Below are positions 36,489-49,390 of a DNA stretch of 64,000 nucleotides, one piece after another (the first letter of the stretch is position 1; the number at the start of each line of letters is the position of its first letter). A program made the position numbers and the translations under genes. The DNA comes from Harriotta raleighana (taxonomy: Eukaryota). The stretch spans positions 944,469-1,008,468 of the forward strand of contig JBNZDD010013653.1 of assembly GCA_050575255.1 (NCBI GenBank), read 5' to 3'. The notes beneath the pieces are model-generated. The model worked only from the letters and a program-made list of their open reading frames with translations. It was not told the DNA's origin and searched no databases.

Positions 36489-37725
36489 GGTTAGCATTTC
36501 ATTTTCACCATAATGCAGTATCTCCAAAAATGTAACATCACTCACCAGATTATTAAGAGTATCAGCCTGGACTGCAAAAAAATTTACACTTGCATAACTG
36601 TTTTTACATTGGGAGGACATCCCAAAGCACTTGGCAAATGTGAGTTCAAAGTACTGACACGGGAAATTGAAACGATAACCTTCTGCTTTAAAGATAAGAG
36701 TGCCACCAACTGAGCCAGACTACATCTAACACCACTATTTTAAAATTCATATTTAGCATCAGACAAAGAAGATAAATCACAGTCTCCATGGCGCGATGAA
36801 AGATTTTCTGATCCCACTCTGGATTTCAGGGTTTTTTAACCTGACATTAAATACCATGGCCAGAGTTTTCATTTAATGCTGAGCTATAGTTTGGTGGTTT
36901 TATACAATTGATTTGTCAGCCCCCTAAAGCTATTGGACACCAACATTTCTTTTTGGATAAAGAATTCCCGTTGGTTCATTTGATCTTCAGGATATACAGC
37001 CATCCACAATCCCATCCTGATAACTTGTTCCAGCCATTCATTTTCTTCTGTGGGTTTGGGTGTGCATTTATTGTCCACCTCTGCGTCTATTAAGTGCTCT
37101 GAGGCATTCTGGATACTATCTAATAATAATATTATAATATTCCTTGCATTTGATATAGCTCCATATTGCATTACCAAGATGTGTTAAAACACTTCACAAG
37201 ATACACTATAAAGTGAAGTGACTGTGTGTTTTGTGGGCAAAATATAAATATATAATTTGTTAAACTTGTTTCTGCCGATAGTATCAACTAGTTTTACAGA
37301 ACTCCATTTTGAAACCGTATCCTTATGCTGTTAGAGGGAGTGACTCCACTTGCAGAGTTAGTAAATAAAGCAACCTAATAGTAACCCAAGGTGTCAGGCC
37401 TGATTTACACCAGTCATACAGGTCCCCAACACCACTGCCCCTCAAATGATTATATCAAGAACTTTGATTCTTGAGTTTTTCCAGGCTTGATCCTTTCTCT
37501 TCTGTGTTGTATAATTGCATTGAATTCTGTTTTTTAAAATGTTTTGTGTCCCTTACAACATACATTCTCCTGGAAATTCAGGGCTCAGTCATTTTTTTCT
37601 TACTTAATGGTTTAATAGGAGTTCAACTGTCCCACTCACAAGAACAAGTGTTATAAAACTATTCAGTTTATCGCGTACAGACACAGTCATTACACTTTAC
37701 AGTAAATTGTGTAGAGCCTTTCAAA

Positions 37726-37970
37726 TATTTCAATGATGTTATCAGGTACAAAATCAAATGCAAAGATTATTTTTATTATCAATATACAAAATAAACCCTT
37801 TTTTTTAATCTACACATGAAAGTCAATACTACTTAACCTTATATTTTNATATTTCAATGATGTTATCAGGTACAAAATCAAATGCAAAGATTATTTTTCT
37901 TATCAATATACAAAATAAACCCTGTTTTTTTAATCTACACATGAAAGTCAATACTACTTAACCTTATATT
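37726..37970. repeat. ~120-bp direct duplication at a single N (37848); likely assembly artefact
   Basis: ATATTTCAATGATGTTATCAGG..CCTTATATT occurs twice with about 2 differences. Confidence 0.85.
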
Positions 37971-38019
37971 ATAAAAAAAGGTGCTTCTATTTTCCTTTCA
38001 GTACACACATATAGAGAGG

Positions 38020-38432
38020 AAGCCTGGCTCAGTTCATAGCACTCTTGTCTCTAAGTCAGAAGATTGTGAGTTCAAGTCCATGTTAGGAGTCAGATCTCAT
38101 ATAGTATTTCTTGACTGATTACTGGAATACAATTCTGGGGAGTATGTGGTATTGTCAAAGTTGCCATCTCTCAGATGAGACATTAAACCGAGGTCCCTCC
38201 TGTCTGTCCAGGTTGATATTAAAGATCTTATGTCTCTATTCAAAAAGAAAGAGTTCTCCTGATATCCTGGTCAACAAACCTGCAAATAAAATTGGTCACT
38301 TATTCCATGGATATTGGTGGGTCATTGCTGTGTGCAAAATTGCCCGCAAAACACACAGCCACACCACTTTAAAGTATGTCCTGTGAAGCACTTTGAAAGG
38401 TTTCGCCAATGTGCTAAAGTGCTTTATCAAAT
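38020..38432 (+). mobile_element. Deu-domain tRNA SINE, full length
   Basis: GGCTCAGTTCATAGCACTCTTGTCTCTAAGTCAGAAG..GAGTTCAAGTCC head; TGCCATCTCTCAGATGAGACATTAAACCGAGGTCCC..CCAGGTTGATATTAAAGATC Deu core; GTGAAGCACTTTG tail. Confidence 0.88.
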
Positions 38433-38449
38433 GGTTACAAAGAGCAATT

Positions 38450-38570
38450 TTAGAATAGTTATCCGGAAGTATTTCTGTATCCAGAGGGCAATTAACAACT
38501 TCAACAGGTTTCCAGGAAAAGTAGTTGAGGCCAAGGACACCAGACTCATTTGAAAAACAGCGTGATGCTG
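38450..38570 (+). mobile_element. CR1 fragment, old
   Basis: RIVIRKYFCIQRAINNFNRFPGKVVEA resembles the CR1 motif R..FF..RV...WN.LP..VVEA. Confidence 0.65.
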
Positions 38571-38844
38571 TGAAGAGGGTGGTAGAGTGTGTTTTCTGAA
38601 GGGAAACATACTCTCTTTCAAAACAACTTTGCTTTGCTGTATCCCAGCCTTCAAAAACTTCTAAAAAAATATATCTCTTCAATAGTGCCTATGGTCAACA
38701 TTTAAAATTTTATTTTTCTCCCTGTTTGATGTGCACTGTTACACTTGTCAAATGCTTCAAGATGATCTATCACATGAAAGACGTTGTACCAAAGCATTAT
38801 TGTAATAGTTAGGCTGTGGGGAAGCAGTCTAGCCTTGCGGTAGG

Positions 38845-39190
38845 TATGGATTTGTCTCATTATCAAGCACTGGGCCCCAGTGGAATATGTAGCTGTATGG
38901 TGCCTAAGAACCCATCTGGTGTAAAGCTGAACCTTACAATGAACGCGAGTCCAACATTAGCCGAATGTTCATCCTACCAGAAGCCATCATTTCAGTGCTC
39001 CCCAAGGAGGAGGTGGAATCTCTGGTTACACAAAGCCACTGGACCATCTCCCTCATTAGTTCCAGTTAGAAGGTACGAGCTAACATAGTTGAAGCTGGAA
39101 AATATCCTCTCACCGCTGGCCTGTGTGGATTACCTCGGATTTGTTCAGGGCAAGGTGCCTCTGTAAAACTCAGACGATCTCGATTGGTGT
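38845..39190 (+). repeat. Tentative family Y, copy 2
   Basis: See 15255-15600. Confidence 0.5.
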
Positions 39191-40774
39191 TCAACAATAA
39201 ATGATTGTGTGGGAAACTGAATGTTCAGTTTTCAAAATGTTTTGTGAGGTCCATGAATGACTGAGGATAGCGTTTTCCTTGTGTTTGCCTTGTGCTTGGT
39301 GTATGAGGCAAAACCTGTGTGTCGAAACCAGTGAAAGAAAACAACACTCCAACCGTATCTTACTTTGAGTCAGGCAATCTGTTCCTCGCGCTGTCTACGG
39401 GAAGGATTCTTGGGGGTCAAGAGTTTAAATGTAGTCCTGTGCAGAATGCTGTGCAGATGGCAAGAAAAACTGAGCCCCTTCTGGAGCTTTCCTGGGGCTG
39501 AGAATGGATTGAAGCTGTCAATTCCTTTGTTCCACAGCACATGCAGTTCTTTATAGATCAGCTGAAATGACACCTCCTGTTTCCACTTGGTCCACTGACC
39601 TGGGAGTAGGAGCAGCTTGTAGCATCGATGGCAGTCGGACGCCAGATATTTAGTCATTCATATTGACATAGTCAAACAAAAATCTTTACTGCTGCAAGTA
39701 GCCTGAGACATTGGAATCCGTCAAGACTTTGTGTATGAGAGAATGTGGAAGGGAGGAGGAATCCTGCCTTACATTTGGGGGATTATCAATTATTTCAAGA
39801 GTTTCTGGATGGAAATTGTCCAGTTTGTGATCAGTGCCTGAGGTTACATATTGCACTCGGTTGCCTGCTGCAAATTTAGGAAGAAGTAAGTGTTATGCAG
39901 TCATGATTGGAAAAACAGTTGTGGGGATGTTGGGGCTGGGAATGTGGAGCTGGGCAGCTGGGAAGATAAGATTGAGCAAATGGCTGAAGGAAATGCTACA
40001 AGCATCTGACCTTGAAAGATTTCTGTAGACCTCATTGCCTCCTGGGGAAAATAAACACATTGAGGAGCTCTTCTACCACTCAAGGCCAAGCATTGAGCAA
40101 AGTTTTAAAGGCGTGGAAGAATATTCAATCCAAATAAACTCATAAATTCATTTTATAGGAAGAAACAAACCAACAGATTATGGAATCCATTTCTGGTTTA
40201 GAGCATCCTACTGCCTTCAATAAATCATTTGGGCAAAAATAAGTGTCCTTATAAAACTTGTGTACACAATGCACCTGGTTTATAATCCTGGAAGCCAAAA
40301 GATACTGTATATGCAGATGTTGTCACCAGTGAGTAAAACCCCCAAAAAGTTAGGAGCTTTTAACACTTATCTCTGCGCCAGTTTGTCACACTATACACAC
40401 GTAATTGTGATTCTTGCCACCTTTTCATACCACATTTGTATCTTGTAGTGTGTCCGCCTGCAGCAAGCACTCTGTTCGCACCTCTAGTTCACTTTTCATT
40501 GTGATTGGAGCTATTTTAAATCTCTTCCCAGCAAGAACTCTGCTTTCCTACATGGTAAGTATCAAAGTTCAAGCTTTTGTGAAAGTATTTACATGCTGGG
40601 CAGTTTGAGTGCATAATTCTTAAGTGTAACTTTAAATAATCCTATATTATGGATAAAAAAACACAATGCTTGATGTGATAATTATCATGGATGGTAATTG
40701 AGATTTGCTGAACATTGGAGTTAAAATAATTATCAACTTCCACAGGTGTGAGAACCTCGACCACACTCATCACC

Positions 40775-41000
40775 ATTGCAGGTCAGATTAGAAAACCATT
40801 CCTCAACTCAGGATCATTGTAAGAATGTAAAATTCCTTGCCACAAACAATAGTTAAATAGCATTTGCTTTTTTCAAAAAGGGAATTAGAATGATGTTTGA
40901 AGTGGAAATATTATGGAGAGAGACCAGGGGAGTAAAATTGACTCAAGTGGAACAAAATACTATTGCAGATGTTTTGGGCCCAATTACCTGTTTCTGTAGG
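40775..41000 (+). mobile_element. CR1 3' fragment, very old
   Basis: AGAAAACCATTCCTCAACTCAGGATCATTGTAAGAATGTAAAATTCC..GGGAATTAGA..GGGCCCAATTACCTGTTTCTGT. Confidence 0.6.
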
Positions 41001-41764
41001 TTATAATATTCCATGATACTTCACTCCAAGAAGTGAGAGCTCTTAACACATGCCAGGTTGCCTTGAAGCTTTATTTAACCAAAGGAAATGGATAGAAGGA
41101 GGAGACCCAGTAATGCTCTGTAATGCCAAGGTATTCTGCTGTTTTACAGTCCAGAAAAGATTTAATAGAATTCCCATATATGGTCCAACTGGAATCATAA
41201 TCTAAGTTTACATCCAAAATTCTTACAACTGCAGGCTTGAAGTCATGCAACGTGCTAAGAGATTTCAACACCACCTTTATGATATAGGGTCCCATTGATT
41301 ATTCAGATAGTTGAGCAACTTTCTCATTTGGTTAAAATAATTTACGTTAGAAATAATAATTCTACCATGTAGAAATAATTTACTACTGAATTCAAAGTGA
41401 GTTCAAAGTTAGGATGAGAGAAGATCTGGCATCCCGAGTTTGTCCAGATGGATACAGTTTGGTACGACTGTAAGCAAGCCAAGCTATAGTTTCAGTTGGC
41501 TTCAATATGGCTAGATTTATTTTTTATTTACTGGTAAAATGGAAAGATGGAGCTCAGCCAATGCTTTATAGCCTCTATTGACTGTTAAGAGGCAAAGGTG
41601 AGAAATTCCTCTTGCCATTGAATGTGGATTTTGACAATGTGTGCTTGAACGGGTCCAAATTCTGGGAGCCAAACATTGATAGAGTTTCTTTTAACACTGG
41701 TTCATTTACGTATACTCATGCACACATTTGTCACCTCAAGGCTAGTCTACGGAAACTCCCTCCT

Positions 41765-42305
41765 TGTCAACCTCCCCAACTCTTTCACAAGCTGCAGGCC
41801 ATCTAGATCTCTGCAGCACCTGTCCTCCTGCACCCGGCTCTAACCCCATCACCCCCACCATCGCTCAGATCCATTGGCTTCCCATCCCTCAGAGGATAGA
41901 ATTCAAAATCCTTGTCCTCACTTTCAAGGCCCTCCACAGCCTTGCCCCCTCCTACCTCTCTGACCCGTTGATCCCCTAAACTTGTCCATTCCCTCTATTC
42001 AGCAGACTCTGGCCTGCTCCATGTCTCCTGCCTAACCCGTCCTACCAATGGCGGCCGGGCTTTCATCCTCTCTTGCCCAATCTTTGGAACTCCATCCAAC
42101 AATCCCTTTGCCTTGCTCGCTTCCTTGCCTCCTTCAAGGCCTGACTTAAGAGTTTCCTTTTTGACCATGCCTTCATTTGCTCTCCTACCCTCTGTGACCT
42201 ACCTCATCCCAATCCTGCACCCAATGCTCCTGATCCCTGACTGTTCAGCTCATTGGGATGTCCCCTGATGTGAAAGGCACTTTACAAATGGATTTTTTTT
42301 ATTGA
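41765..42305 (+). mobile_element. L2 LINE 3' fragment
   Basis: ORF 41764-41979 [40 protein letters not shown]; tail GGGATGTCCCCTGATGTGAAAGGCACTTTACAAATG. Confidence 0.92.
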
Positions 42306-42999
42306 TGTTAACCACTCAGTTATTTTGGGAGAGACTTAGGTCTTCTCAAGAATCTTCCAGTGCGTGGGAGCAGCGTAGCCAAAGCCATCCAGGCACATGA
42401 GGGGTCCTCTGAATCTCAAGTTAGTGAACTCCCAGCACCAAGGAATCAGTCAATGGGAAGGAGTTACTCAAGGCTGCATCGTGGAGTCATTCAGCCCAAC
42501 CACGATCTAACAGATGCCTTTAATCTGGCCATGCTCAATTTCATTCAGAACTGTGCTCCCTGCTCTACCTCATTTACCTTGAGTGCATCACTGAAACATA
42601 CTAGCTGGTAAGTCTCTTGCATAATAGCACTCAGTAATAGTTTGACAAGTTTATGCATAGTTCACAGAGGGGGAAAAAATTAAAGAAAGGAAGGAGGGTA
42701 GGTACCATGGAAGGGAAGGCCATTATCAAAGTGCATTAATATAGCAAACAATCTGAAAGTATTTAACTGGTAATTGAATAATAATCCTTACATTTGATTT
42801 CACATTGGGTGGATGTCTCAAAGTGCTACACATGATATACTGTAAAGAGTAGCTTTGTATTTTGCGGGCGAGATTATCTGACAATTTGTAAACAGCAATG
42901 TCCCACAACTAGCAAATGTAGAGTAATGACTGTCTAATTTAAGCAAATATGACAACTATTTGTACCAGAAGGGTTCCATTAACAGCTGGTTAGGTGAGT

Positions 43000-43282
43000 G
43001 ACCAAGTTATTAATTTTGTACTGAATGAAATAGCATTAGCAACCATGGGTTAAATGTATGTTCCCTTCTTTTTAATTTATTCTCCTTTTAAACGAGTGCA
43101 GGAGCCGATTTTATGCTTTTTTTGTGAGGCACCAATAAATATACTGTATNGACCAAGTTATTAATTTTGTACTGAATGAAATAGCATTAGCAACCATGGG
43201 TTAAATGTATGTTCCCTTCTTTTTAATTTATTCTCCTTTTAAACGAGTGCAGGAGCCGATTTTATGCAATAAATATACTGTA
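43000..43282. repeat. ~150-bp direct duplication at a single N (43150), second copy ~18 bp shorter; likely two haplotypes
   Basis: GACCAAGTTATTAATTTTG..AATAAATATACTGTAT occurs twice. Confidence 0.85.
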
Positions 43283-43732
43283 TTTATATGTCTGCAACAG
43301 ACGCACAAGTGTTTGTAGTCAATCCAAGAATGAAAATGGGCTTTAAGACAATATTTTGTGTTCATGCACTGTTGAGAGAGCACGTCAACATCTTAGAACT
43401 TCCAGAAGGCATTTTGCTCCAAAAATCATTTATTTGAATACAGTGTTAAAAAAAAATGATTACAGAAAAGAGACTGCGGTCCCCCGATGGGAAAATAGTT
43501 TAAAACAACTAAACTTCCTTTCTGTCTCCTGATGCTTCACACTTGTGCTGGTGTCAGGTTCCCAGACACTAATCATCCTAGAGTGCCTCACCAAGTAATC
43601 ATTCTTCATCTCTAGCCTCCACGTTGTACCACAGTTTAGAACATAGGAAAACAGAAAGCCTATTGTGTCTGCTCCATCAGTTTATTAGAGCTTCGCAGAT
43701 TTTGTTTTATTCCATTTGCCATACCACTTTAT

Positions 43733-44020
43733 AATAATAAATAATAATCCTTGCATTTGATGTAGCATGTTATCAAGATATTAAACAGCCTCAAAGCTCC
43801 TCAAAGACTATACAGTATTGTAAAGTGGATTAACTATGTATTTTGTGGGCGAAACATGACAGGTCAATTACACATAGAAATGTTCCACAAACTGTCATGG
43901 ATTGAGTGACCACAATTTTTTTGAGGGATTATTACTCCTGGAAAGTAATCCTCCAATCAATTAACAACCGATTTCCTACTTACAGCTAGGTAAACAGATG
44001 TGTGGGGATAAGGAAACTTT
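43733..44020 (-). mobile_element. tRNA SINE, long-body variant, head missing
   Basis: (AAT)n CCTTGCATTTGA..TTTTGTGGGCGAAAC..TTCCTACTTACAGCTAGGTAAACAGATGTGTGGGGATAAGGAAACTT. Confidence 0.8.
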
Positions 44021-44436
44021 ATAAAGATTAGCCTGTATCATTCATTCATTTTAAAATTGAATACTGTGATTCAATCTCCATTTGGAAATTGGTTTCCTTC
44101 AGTTTTTTTAAAATAATTGGCTCCTTAATAAACACTGAATTTAAGAATTATCCATCATTCTGTGTGATCTTACATTTTAACTCAAAATATTGTAGTTTTA
44201 AATGTTAACATAAGATGGAATTTCAAGCCTATCGTGTCCCCTGTCTCCCAGCTGTACCGAAGGCATTACCAGCTCATCCAAATCTCTGCTGACCACATCT
44301 TAACCCACACAAAGAATCACATGCCCATTGCTTCCAGCGTGGCCATTGGTAAAATTGGTTAATTGCTTATTATTTCAGCATATTTGGATGTCCTCCCTAC
44401 TTGAAAGGTGCTCTATAAATGTAATTTTGTTGTTAT

Positions 44437-44478
44437 NNNNNNNNNNNNNNNNNNNNNNNNNNNNNNNNNNNNNNNNNN
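44437..44478. other. Assembly gap (42 N)
   Basis: Run of N. Confidence 1.
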
Positions 44479-44555
44479 GAAACAAAGCATGGTCAAAGAG
44501 ATAATGATAATAATCCTTGCAATTGATATAGCGCCTTATCAGGTCTTCTAGACTT

Positions 44556-44790
44556 CTCAGAGGGTGGTGGATGTATGGAAGTCTTTACCCCAAAGGGCTG
44601 TTGATGCTCAGTCCTTGAACATATTCAAGACTGAGTTAGATAGATTTCTCATTTATAAAGGGATTAAGTGATATGAGGATAAGGCAGGTAGCTGGAGTTA
44701 GAGTAGAATATCAGCCATGATTGAATGGCGGGGCAGGCTTGATGGGCCGAATGGCCTACTCCTGCTCCTATTTCTTACATTCTTATGTTC
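44556..44790 (+). mobile_element. 5'-truncated CR1 3' end inserted in a SINE
   Basis: CTCAGAGGGTGGTGGATGTATGGAA..GGGCCGAATGGCCTACTCCTGCTCCTATTTCTTACATTCTTATGTTC, close to 19540-19785. Confidence 0.92.
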
Positions 44791-44832
44791 AAAATGCTTC
44801 ACAGAATATATTGTAAAGTGAATTTGACAGTA

Positions 44833-45356
44833 CAGTAAAAGCCTGTTTATCCGGCCCCGGGGGACCTGGCCAATGCCGGTTAAACGGCTTGCCGGTAAAA
44901 CGGTCGGATCTGACGCCGAAAACCCAACACAAAAAAAAACTTATTTTAAGCACATACCATATTACTAATGGATTAAATAATAACAGATAATAACAGAATA
45001 TTGTATTGGTACTTTATTGTAAATGTTGTTCACTGTACCATATAAATAATAGACTAAATACAGTAATAACAGATACTGTAATAACAGAATATTGTATTGC
45101 TCCTTTATTATTTATACTTAATTTCTGCAATGGCGGATGCCACGGGAGGAAAAAAAATAACAGTGCGACTTTAAGGCTCTACCATCGGCAAGCGAAAATA
45201 CCTGTACAGTACTCTCGTGTAACAATTGATTCATTAAATGCGCCACCGCTATTGTGGCGGATAACATCTAGTTAATCGGATGGGGAGTTTTTTTTTGATG
45301 TACCAGTTATATGGAAGTTCCGGTTGATCGTGTTGTGGATAAACGGGCTATTACTG
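44833..45356 (+). mobile_element. Tc1/mariner (pogo/Tigger-type) MITE, complete, 524 bp
   Basis: TIRs CAGTAAAAGCCTGTTTATCC / GGATAAACGGGCTATTACTG, TA at 44831-32 and 45357-58, AT-rich non-coding core; second copy at 58287. Confidence 0.93.
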
Positions 45357-45449
45357 TATATTTGTGGGCGAAATGCAGCAGCCAATTGTGTACAGTAGTG
45401 TCCCACAGCAAGGAAACTTCCCCAAGGTTTTGTGCTGACCTGCCGGATA

Positions 45450-45800
45450 TATCAGGCCATGGTGACTGAAAGCTCAGCAATGATAAAGGGATGAAAGAAA
45501 TGAAGACCAAACAATAAACCAGAATTTGAAGAGCAGAGGATACATAATACACAAGAGCAGAATTTGGAAAGATTGCAAAGATAAGGATGAGCAAGACCAT
45601 GAGGGATTTGAAACGAAGATCTTGGATCTTAAAGCCATTGATGAAAAGGCTGGATATAATGAATGTGTGGAACCTGGTGTTGGAGAAAACATAGGATTTA
45701 GGATTTTTGATAAGTAAAAAAAGGGACACAGCTAGGGTTCATAAGGGAGAGAAAGCATTGGTAAACTCTAACTGTGAGATGATGAGGGTATGAATGACTA
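45450..45800 (-). mobile_element. Old L2 remnant
   Basis: CCAGAATTTGAAGAGCAGA..CCATGAGGGATTTGAAACGAAGATCTTGGATCTTAAA follows the minus-strand L2 pattern (FKI..L.FKSL). Confidence 0.6.
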
Positions 45801-45819
45801 GTTTGTCATCAATGGGGGT

Positions 45820-46493
45820 AACAACAACAACAACAAAATTACACTTATAGAGCGCGTTTCACGTCAGGAGGACGTCCCAAGGCGCTGGACAGATTGGTTC
45901 AGGACCCGAGCAAGGGAAAATGTTCAGGGCGAGGGAGGGGAAGGGTGGGAGCAAGGAGGGGGTAGAGACTCGAGAGGGGAGTTGAAGGCACGGTCGAAGA
46001 GAAAGGTCTTGAGACCGGCCTTGAAAGAGGAAAGGGAGGGAGCGAGGCGAAGGCACTGGGGGATGGAGTTCCAGAGCCTGGGGGCTGAGCGGCTGAAAGC
46101 CTGGCCGCCGATGGTAGGATGGTTAGGGCAAGGGCTGTGGAGCAGACCAGTGCCAGAGGAACGGAGGGTACGGGGAGGTAGATAGGGGGATAGTAGGTCG
46201 GAGAGGTAGGAGGGAGCAAGGCCGTGAATGGCCTTGTAGGTGAGGATGAGGATCTTGAATTCGATCCTCTGGGGGATGGGGAGCCAGTGGAGACGGGAGA
46301 GGGTGGGAGTGATGTGGTCTCGAAGCCTGGTGCGGGAGAGTACACGAGCTGCAGAGTTCTGGATGACCTGCAGCTTGTGGATGGAGGAGCCGGGAAGGCC
46401 TACAAGGAGAGAGTTCCCATAGTCCAGCCTTGAGGTGATGAAGGCGTGGACCAGTATCTCAGCAGCATGAGGGGTGAGGCAGTGTCGTAACCT
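45820..46493 (-). mobile_element. Young 5'-truncated L2 LINE; uninterrupted ORF2 C-terminal frame, 3' UTR and (TTG)n tail
   Basis: ORF 45924-46520: [86 protein letters not shown]; CpGs retained; candidate TSD GGGTAA at 45816-21 and 46494-99. Confidence 0.96.
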
Positions 46494-48564
46494 GGGTAAG
46501 GTAAGAATATAAATGTTCAATGGAATGAATTGAGTTCATTCATGTGGTGTTGCACAGCAAAATGCTAAGATTCACCACTGATTACCTATTATTAGCGTCA
46601 TTATTCTTATGATCATCCTTATTATTGGTTATTTGAAAGAGATTGGATGAACTTTGAAGGTACCATCGTTTCGTTTACCATAATAGTTTAGTTCAGTTTT
46701 TGGCATTTTGCAGAGGAAAGGTATATGCAGAGAAAGCACATTGGAAGGCATTGGGAAACGCAGGTACCTGAGATTAGGATAGATGGCTTAATGCATTGAC
46801 ACCAATGCAATGAATCGAATGGCCTCCTTTGAGTTGTGAATTTCTATTTTTTTTTGCAAACTAAAGCAACAAATATCTTTAATACCATTTTTGAGTTCCC
46901 CCTCCCCCATTGTTTTTAGAAGAATTCTAAACTTACCATTTCTTCATGTAATGGAGTGTATTTGTTTCAATTTGGGGGAGGGGTGAATGGGTGATAGGCT
47001 GGAACGTCTGTTCCAGATGCTGAGGTCAGTCTCTGATGCTTCATTTCAGAGGCAACCTCGAAAGCCGGAGAGATCACTTCTCTCAGCAGCCTGTTAATGA
47101 TCACAGATGAAGTGAGTTACTGCGGTCTCACTCTGATCCTCAGCGGGCACAATGCATGAAACAAAGCTGTCCCTAATTTATCAACCTCAACTCAAGAGTC
47201 TTGCACTGAATTTGTAAGGATGCCGGTGTTACCTGTCCAGGGTGAGAGGTTCAAGTTAGAACAATATTGCTAGAACAATATTATGTGGAAATATCACTAA
47301 TGCTCTTCCCAGGCCATGGATCTCACTGCTGTTGTGAACAGAATGGAAACTTTACCCCCCACACCCCCAGCCCACCCCCACACCACTCCACCCGTGGCCA
47401 CTATTTTCCACCCAATGACTCCTCCTTCTTACACTTTCTCAAGTATTCTCGTCCAAGCCCGCATTTGAGTTCAGAGAGCAATTTAAGTTCCGTTTGCATC
47501 CTTCCAGTCCATCCAACACCCCATCTCCAGTTAGAGAATGAATCACCCATTAACTCACGTTGAACCATGGAACTTACAATGTTCAGAAGTTTTGAGCGGG
47601 TTTCACATTGTGTGCTCTGGTATGGAAACGTTAGTGCTTAAAAAGCAAAATGCCAACCACATACTCTAGCAGCAAATTTGGGCTAGAGAGACAAAACAAA
47701 GCACACCCCATAATAGTTTTGTGTGTTGAATGGGCTCATGTTTCTCCAGCTACTGAATCCAGAGAAAACTTTGAGAAAGGAAAATGGTACTTGAGAATGA
47801 TTCGAGAATGATTCGAGATTCCCCCTGAATCATTGTGGCAAATTTGTTGGTGAACTCACAATTTAATTCATAATTAGTGCGGCAACTTCTGGTTTGCATA
47901 TCTTACATGTCATTGCCAGTAGATATTTAGCAACAAGAGCAATTCAACCCTTGACATTTCTAATATCTCATTAGAAATCCATTGTTCTATTATTAATATA
48001 AACACTTTGGATTGCCAATTTCACAGCTGGACCCTGTGAAAAATACAGTACGTGTGGCCTGGTTAGGATACCAGCTGCTTCTTCGTAGTTTATTCATGGT
48101 TTACTTTGTTTCATGTTTTCATGTCATTTTGTGGTTAACTTTCCTTTAAAACAAAAGTGAACATTGCATCTATCAACAAGTAGGTGCTTCTGTAATCTGT
48201 CTCTCGTTACATTGTTCCCATTATGTACGTGCCATGTACCTCTCTCGCGAATGTCAGCACACACTGTGGCAGGCACCGATAGGGCTGCCTATGCATGATT
48301 GCAACAAAGTGGGTTTGCATCTCGCAAGCAAGCGATTTTTCCGAGATGTGAAGCAGTTTGGCTGGAGCAGAGTTTGACCACTTCCAACCTATAAACACTT
48401 AGAATGACGTTGCACAGAAACAAGTCATTCATCCCAATTTGTCCGGGTCAATGTTACACCTCCACCCTTCCTGTTATCCTCACTTGTACCCTATATTCCC
48501 TTCTTCATCATGAATGCAGCACCTTTCTTTTAAATCCTTTCTTTTCCCTCCAATCCCAAATTCT

Positions 48565-48760
48565 GTCAGTGAGTTCACATTTGACAGGACGTTAAAAGAA
48601 CATAGACTTTGGCATGACATCTAATCTGAAGGACAGCACCTGTAACATGCAGCTCTCCCCAGTGGTATTACTAAAATGTTAATTTAAGAGTATACATTCC
48701 TTTCCCATCATCGGGCTTGAATCCAAAATCTTTTGACTCAGTACTATCAACTGAGCCATG
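48565..48760 (-). mobile_element. Deu-domain SINE 5' fragment
   Basis: GACATCTAATCTGAAGGACAGCACCTGTAACATGCAGC..GGGCTTGAATCCAAAATCTTTTGACTCAG..ATCAACTGAGCCA. Confidence 0.7.
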
Positions 48761-49390
48761 CATGTTTGCTTTGAGAACATTGACGTTCTCTCATCATAAA
48801 CTAATGCTGTTTATAATGAGAGAACATCAATGCACCACATTATATGTACAACAGTGTGAGAAGCGCCATTAATTTTACAGCATTCAGACCAATTTTTAAA
48901 CACAATTTTTGAACAGTGTAAGCAATCATTCCATTTCAAATGTTTTTCCCATTGTGTGCTCCGTACACTTCTTGGAGATTACAATTGCTGGCTATGAATC
49001 AATGTGGATAATTCCTGATCCTTCAGGATTACAAAGTGCTTGAGTATAGTTGTAAAATACATTGGGTTCAGAGATGTCCCTTGTATCACATTGCATCATA
49101 CATTGCATTTTTCACCTCAATATTAATGATAAACATTTTTATTGTAAATCAATATTGCCTAGCTAAGTTATTGTTGATTGATACTGAGGCAATTTTAGTT
49201 TCAAATGGTGTTGTAACTGGTGACATCTAAAATTACAGCTCACCAACATAGTGCAGCGAATATTTATTATATACTCTTCATTATGCATTTTAGATCCCAA
49301 AGATAATAAATAATCATTATAATCCTGCCATTCGACATATCATCTTTCATGTTGGGTGGATGTCTCACAGGGCTTTGTGGGATATACTAT

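Larger units (their letters stand above)
44501..45450 (-). mobile_element. tRNA SINE split into three pieces by a CR1 and a MITE insertion
   Basis: Pieces 44501-44559, 44791-44832 and 45357-45450 rejoin into the continuous reverse SINE sequence. Confidence 0.88.

Noticed and set aside
39298-39335. Penelope-like hammerhead remnant TATGAGGCA..TGTCGAAACCAGTG
   Set aside because: No CUGA, no valid NUH cleavage triplet and no stem I.
45924-46520. 198-aa ORF as a host gene
   Set aside because: It is the C-terminus of L2 ORF2 in a 5'-truncated copy; the ATG comes from flanking DNA.
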